Assembly (NCBI GenBank): GCA_036781185.1
Contig: DAIQBL010000001.1
Location: 23,369 to 87,368 of the forward strand
Reading direction: 5' to 3'
DNA length: 64,000 nt
Source of the DNA: Thermoplasmatota archaeon
GTDB lineage: Archaea > Thermoplasmatota > Thermoplasmata > Lutacidiplasmatales > UBA184
The notes under the pieces were generated by a model. The model searched no databases and had not been told where the DNA came from. It worked only from the letters and a program-made list of their open reading frames with translations. A program made the position numbers and the translations under genes. How positions within the stretch are numbered: position 1 is the stretch's first letter; every line of letters begins with the position of its first letter. Shown piece by piece: positions 63,385 through 64,000 of the stretch.

Positions 63385-63747
63385 TCAGGGCGAGGGACGC
63401 GGAAGGGTCGTCCGCGCCTTGCGAAGCAGGGACCAGTTGATCGCCGTGAAGATCGCCCCGACGAGTATGAGGACCCCGGCCGTCCCTTGAAGGGCGTTCA
63501 GGACGAGCACCTGGGTCGCGAAATTGCCGCTGCCGTTCGTGGTAAACCATCCAATTTGCCACACGGCGAACACCACGGCATAGAGCGCCATCCCGGCCAC
63601 AAGCAGCCCCTCGCTGAGGCGCAGATCCCGCTCGACCTTTCGCCGCTCGAGGGTCACCACGGGGGCCGACGGGTGGATTGCGGCGGACATCGAACTCGCC
63701 GGCGTCAGCCGCTCCGAGCCCTTGAGGCCGAGGTCAACCCGGCTCAA
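63385..63747 (-). CDS. Small membrane protein, hypothetical
   Basis: LVAGMALYAVVFAVWQIGWF...VLVLNALQGTAGVLILVGAIFTAINW. Confidence 0.45.
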   Translation of the reverse strand: MSRVDLGLKGSERLTPASSMSAAIHPSAPVVTLERRKVERDLRLSEGLLVAGMALYAVVFAVWQIGWFTTNGSGNFATQVLVLNALQGTAGVLILVGAIFTAINWSLLRKARTTLPRPSP

Positions 63748-63780
63748 CGGGCGGAGCTCGGCCCGCGATGCCGGTCGACG

Positions 63781-64000
63781 CTAGCTCGAGCGGGACGAGG
63801 CCGAGTTCGATCCGGACGGTACCGGACCGGTGGCCGGAGCGCCCGACCGTCGGACGATTTGGGGTTGATTCGCGAACTTCTCGTGCCGACGGGGTCCGAG
63901 GACCTCCTGGCCGAGCACGACCGCGACGCCCCCGACCAGCGTGATCACGGCCGCGATCCAGAACGCGTACTGGAATCCGAGCAGCGCGGGGAGCGCGAGG
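63781..64000 (-). CDS. Membrane protein, partial (5-prime end beyond window end)
   Basis: Hand translation of the minus strand is open from the window end to a TAG at 63781: LALPALLGFQYAFWIAAVITLVGGVAVVLGQEVLGPRRHEKFANQPQIV... Confidence 0.4.
   Translation of the reverse strand, partial: LALPALLGFQYAFWIAAVITLVGGVAVVLGQEVLGPRRHEKFANQPQIVRRSGAPATGPVPSGSNSASSRSS

Noticed and set aside
1-64000. CRISPR arrays, rRNA genes, IS elements with transposases
   Set aside because: No regularly spaced short repeats, no rRNA-like conserved stretches, and no transposase or integrase-like ORFs were seen on either strand.

Overview
High-GC (about 68%) archaeal chromosomal segment; archaeal-type tRNAs, fibrillarin, Lrp-glnA and AbrB-PhoU regulators support that call. 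I find about 65 protein genes, two tRNAs (Arg-TCG, Leu-CAG), no rRNA and no CRISPR array. All reading is by eye from the sequence plus the supplied ORF track, whose starts can be ATG, GTG or TTG. Many long Arg/Pro/Gly-rich ORFs in the track are antisense or out-of-frame artefacts of GC bias and were not called. Coordinates I derived from line labels may be off by about 1 nt. The gene content is a mix of housekeeping genes (glnA with a divergent lrp, truA, fibrillarin, RidA, aldolase, a complete pstSCAB-phoU operon), many secreted or surface proteins rich in N-glycosylation sequons (two G1/eqolisin-type glutamic peptidase paralogs, Kelch and PKD proteins, a phosphoesterase, a lactonase-like beta-propeller), and many small regulator plus membrane-protein pairs. 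The most notable block is 43.3-52.9 kb: a type-IV-secretion-like or Ced/Ted-like DNA-transfer module with a VirB4/TrbE-like ATPase, a second VirD4/HerA-like ATPase, a VirB2/TrbC-like two-helix pilin candidate, a VirB6/CedA-like polytopic membrane protein, small membrane proteins and a PKD surface protein, with no relaxase or integrase visible in the window. A second accessory signal is a tRNA-Leu whose last 22 nt are repeated about 700 bp downstream, bracketing a RelE/ParE toxin plus RHH-like antitoxin cassette in which the toxin lacks a canonical start codon; this looks like a remnant of a tRNA-integrated element. Other points of note are an apparently orphan beta-class DNA methyltransferase co-oriented with a 2H phosphoesterase, an HPS-RraA-like fusion protein, and a tandem C2H2-type zinc-finger mini-protein.
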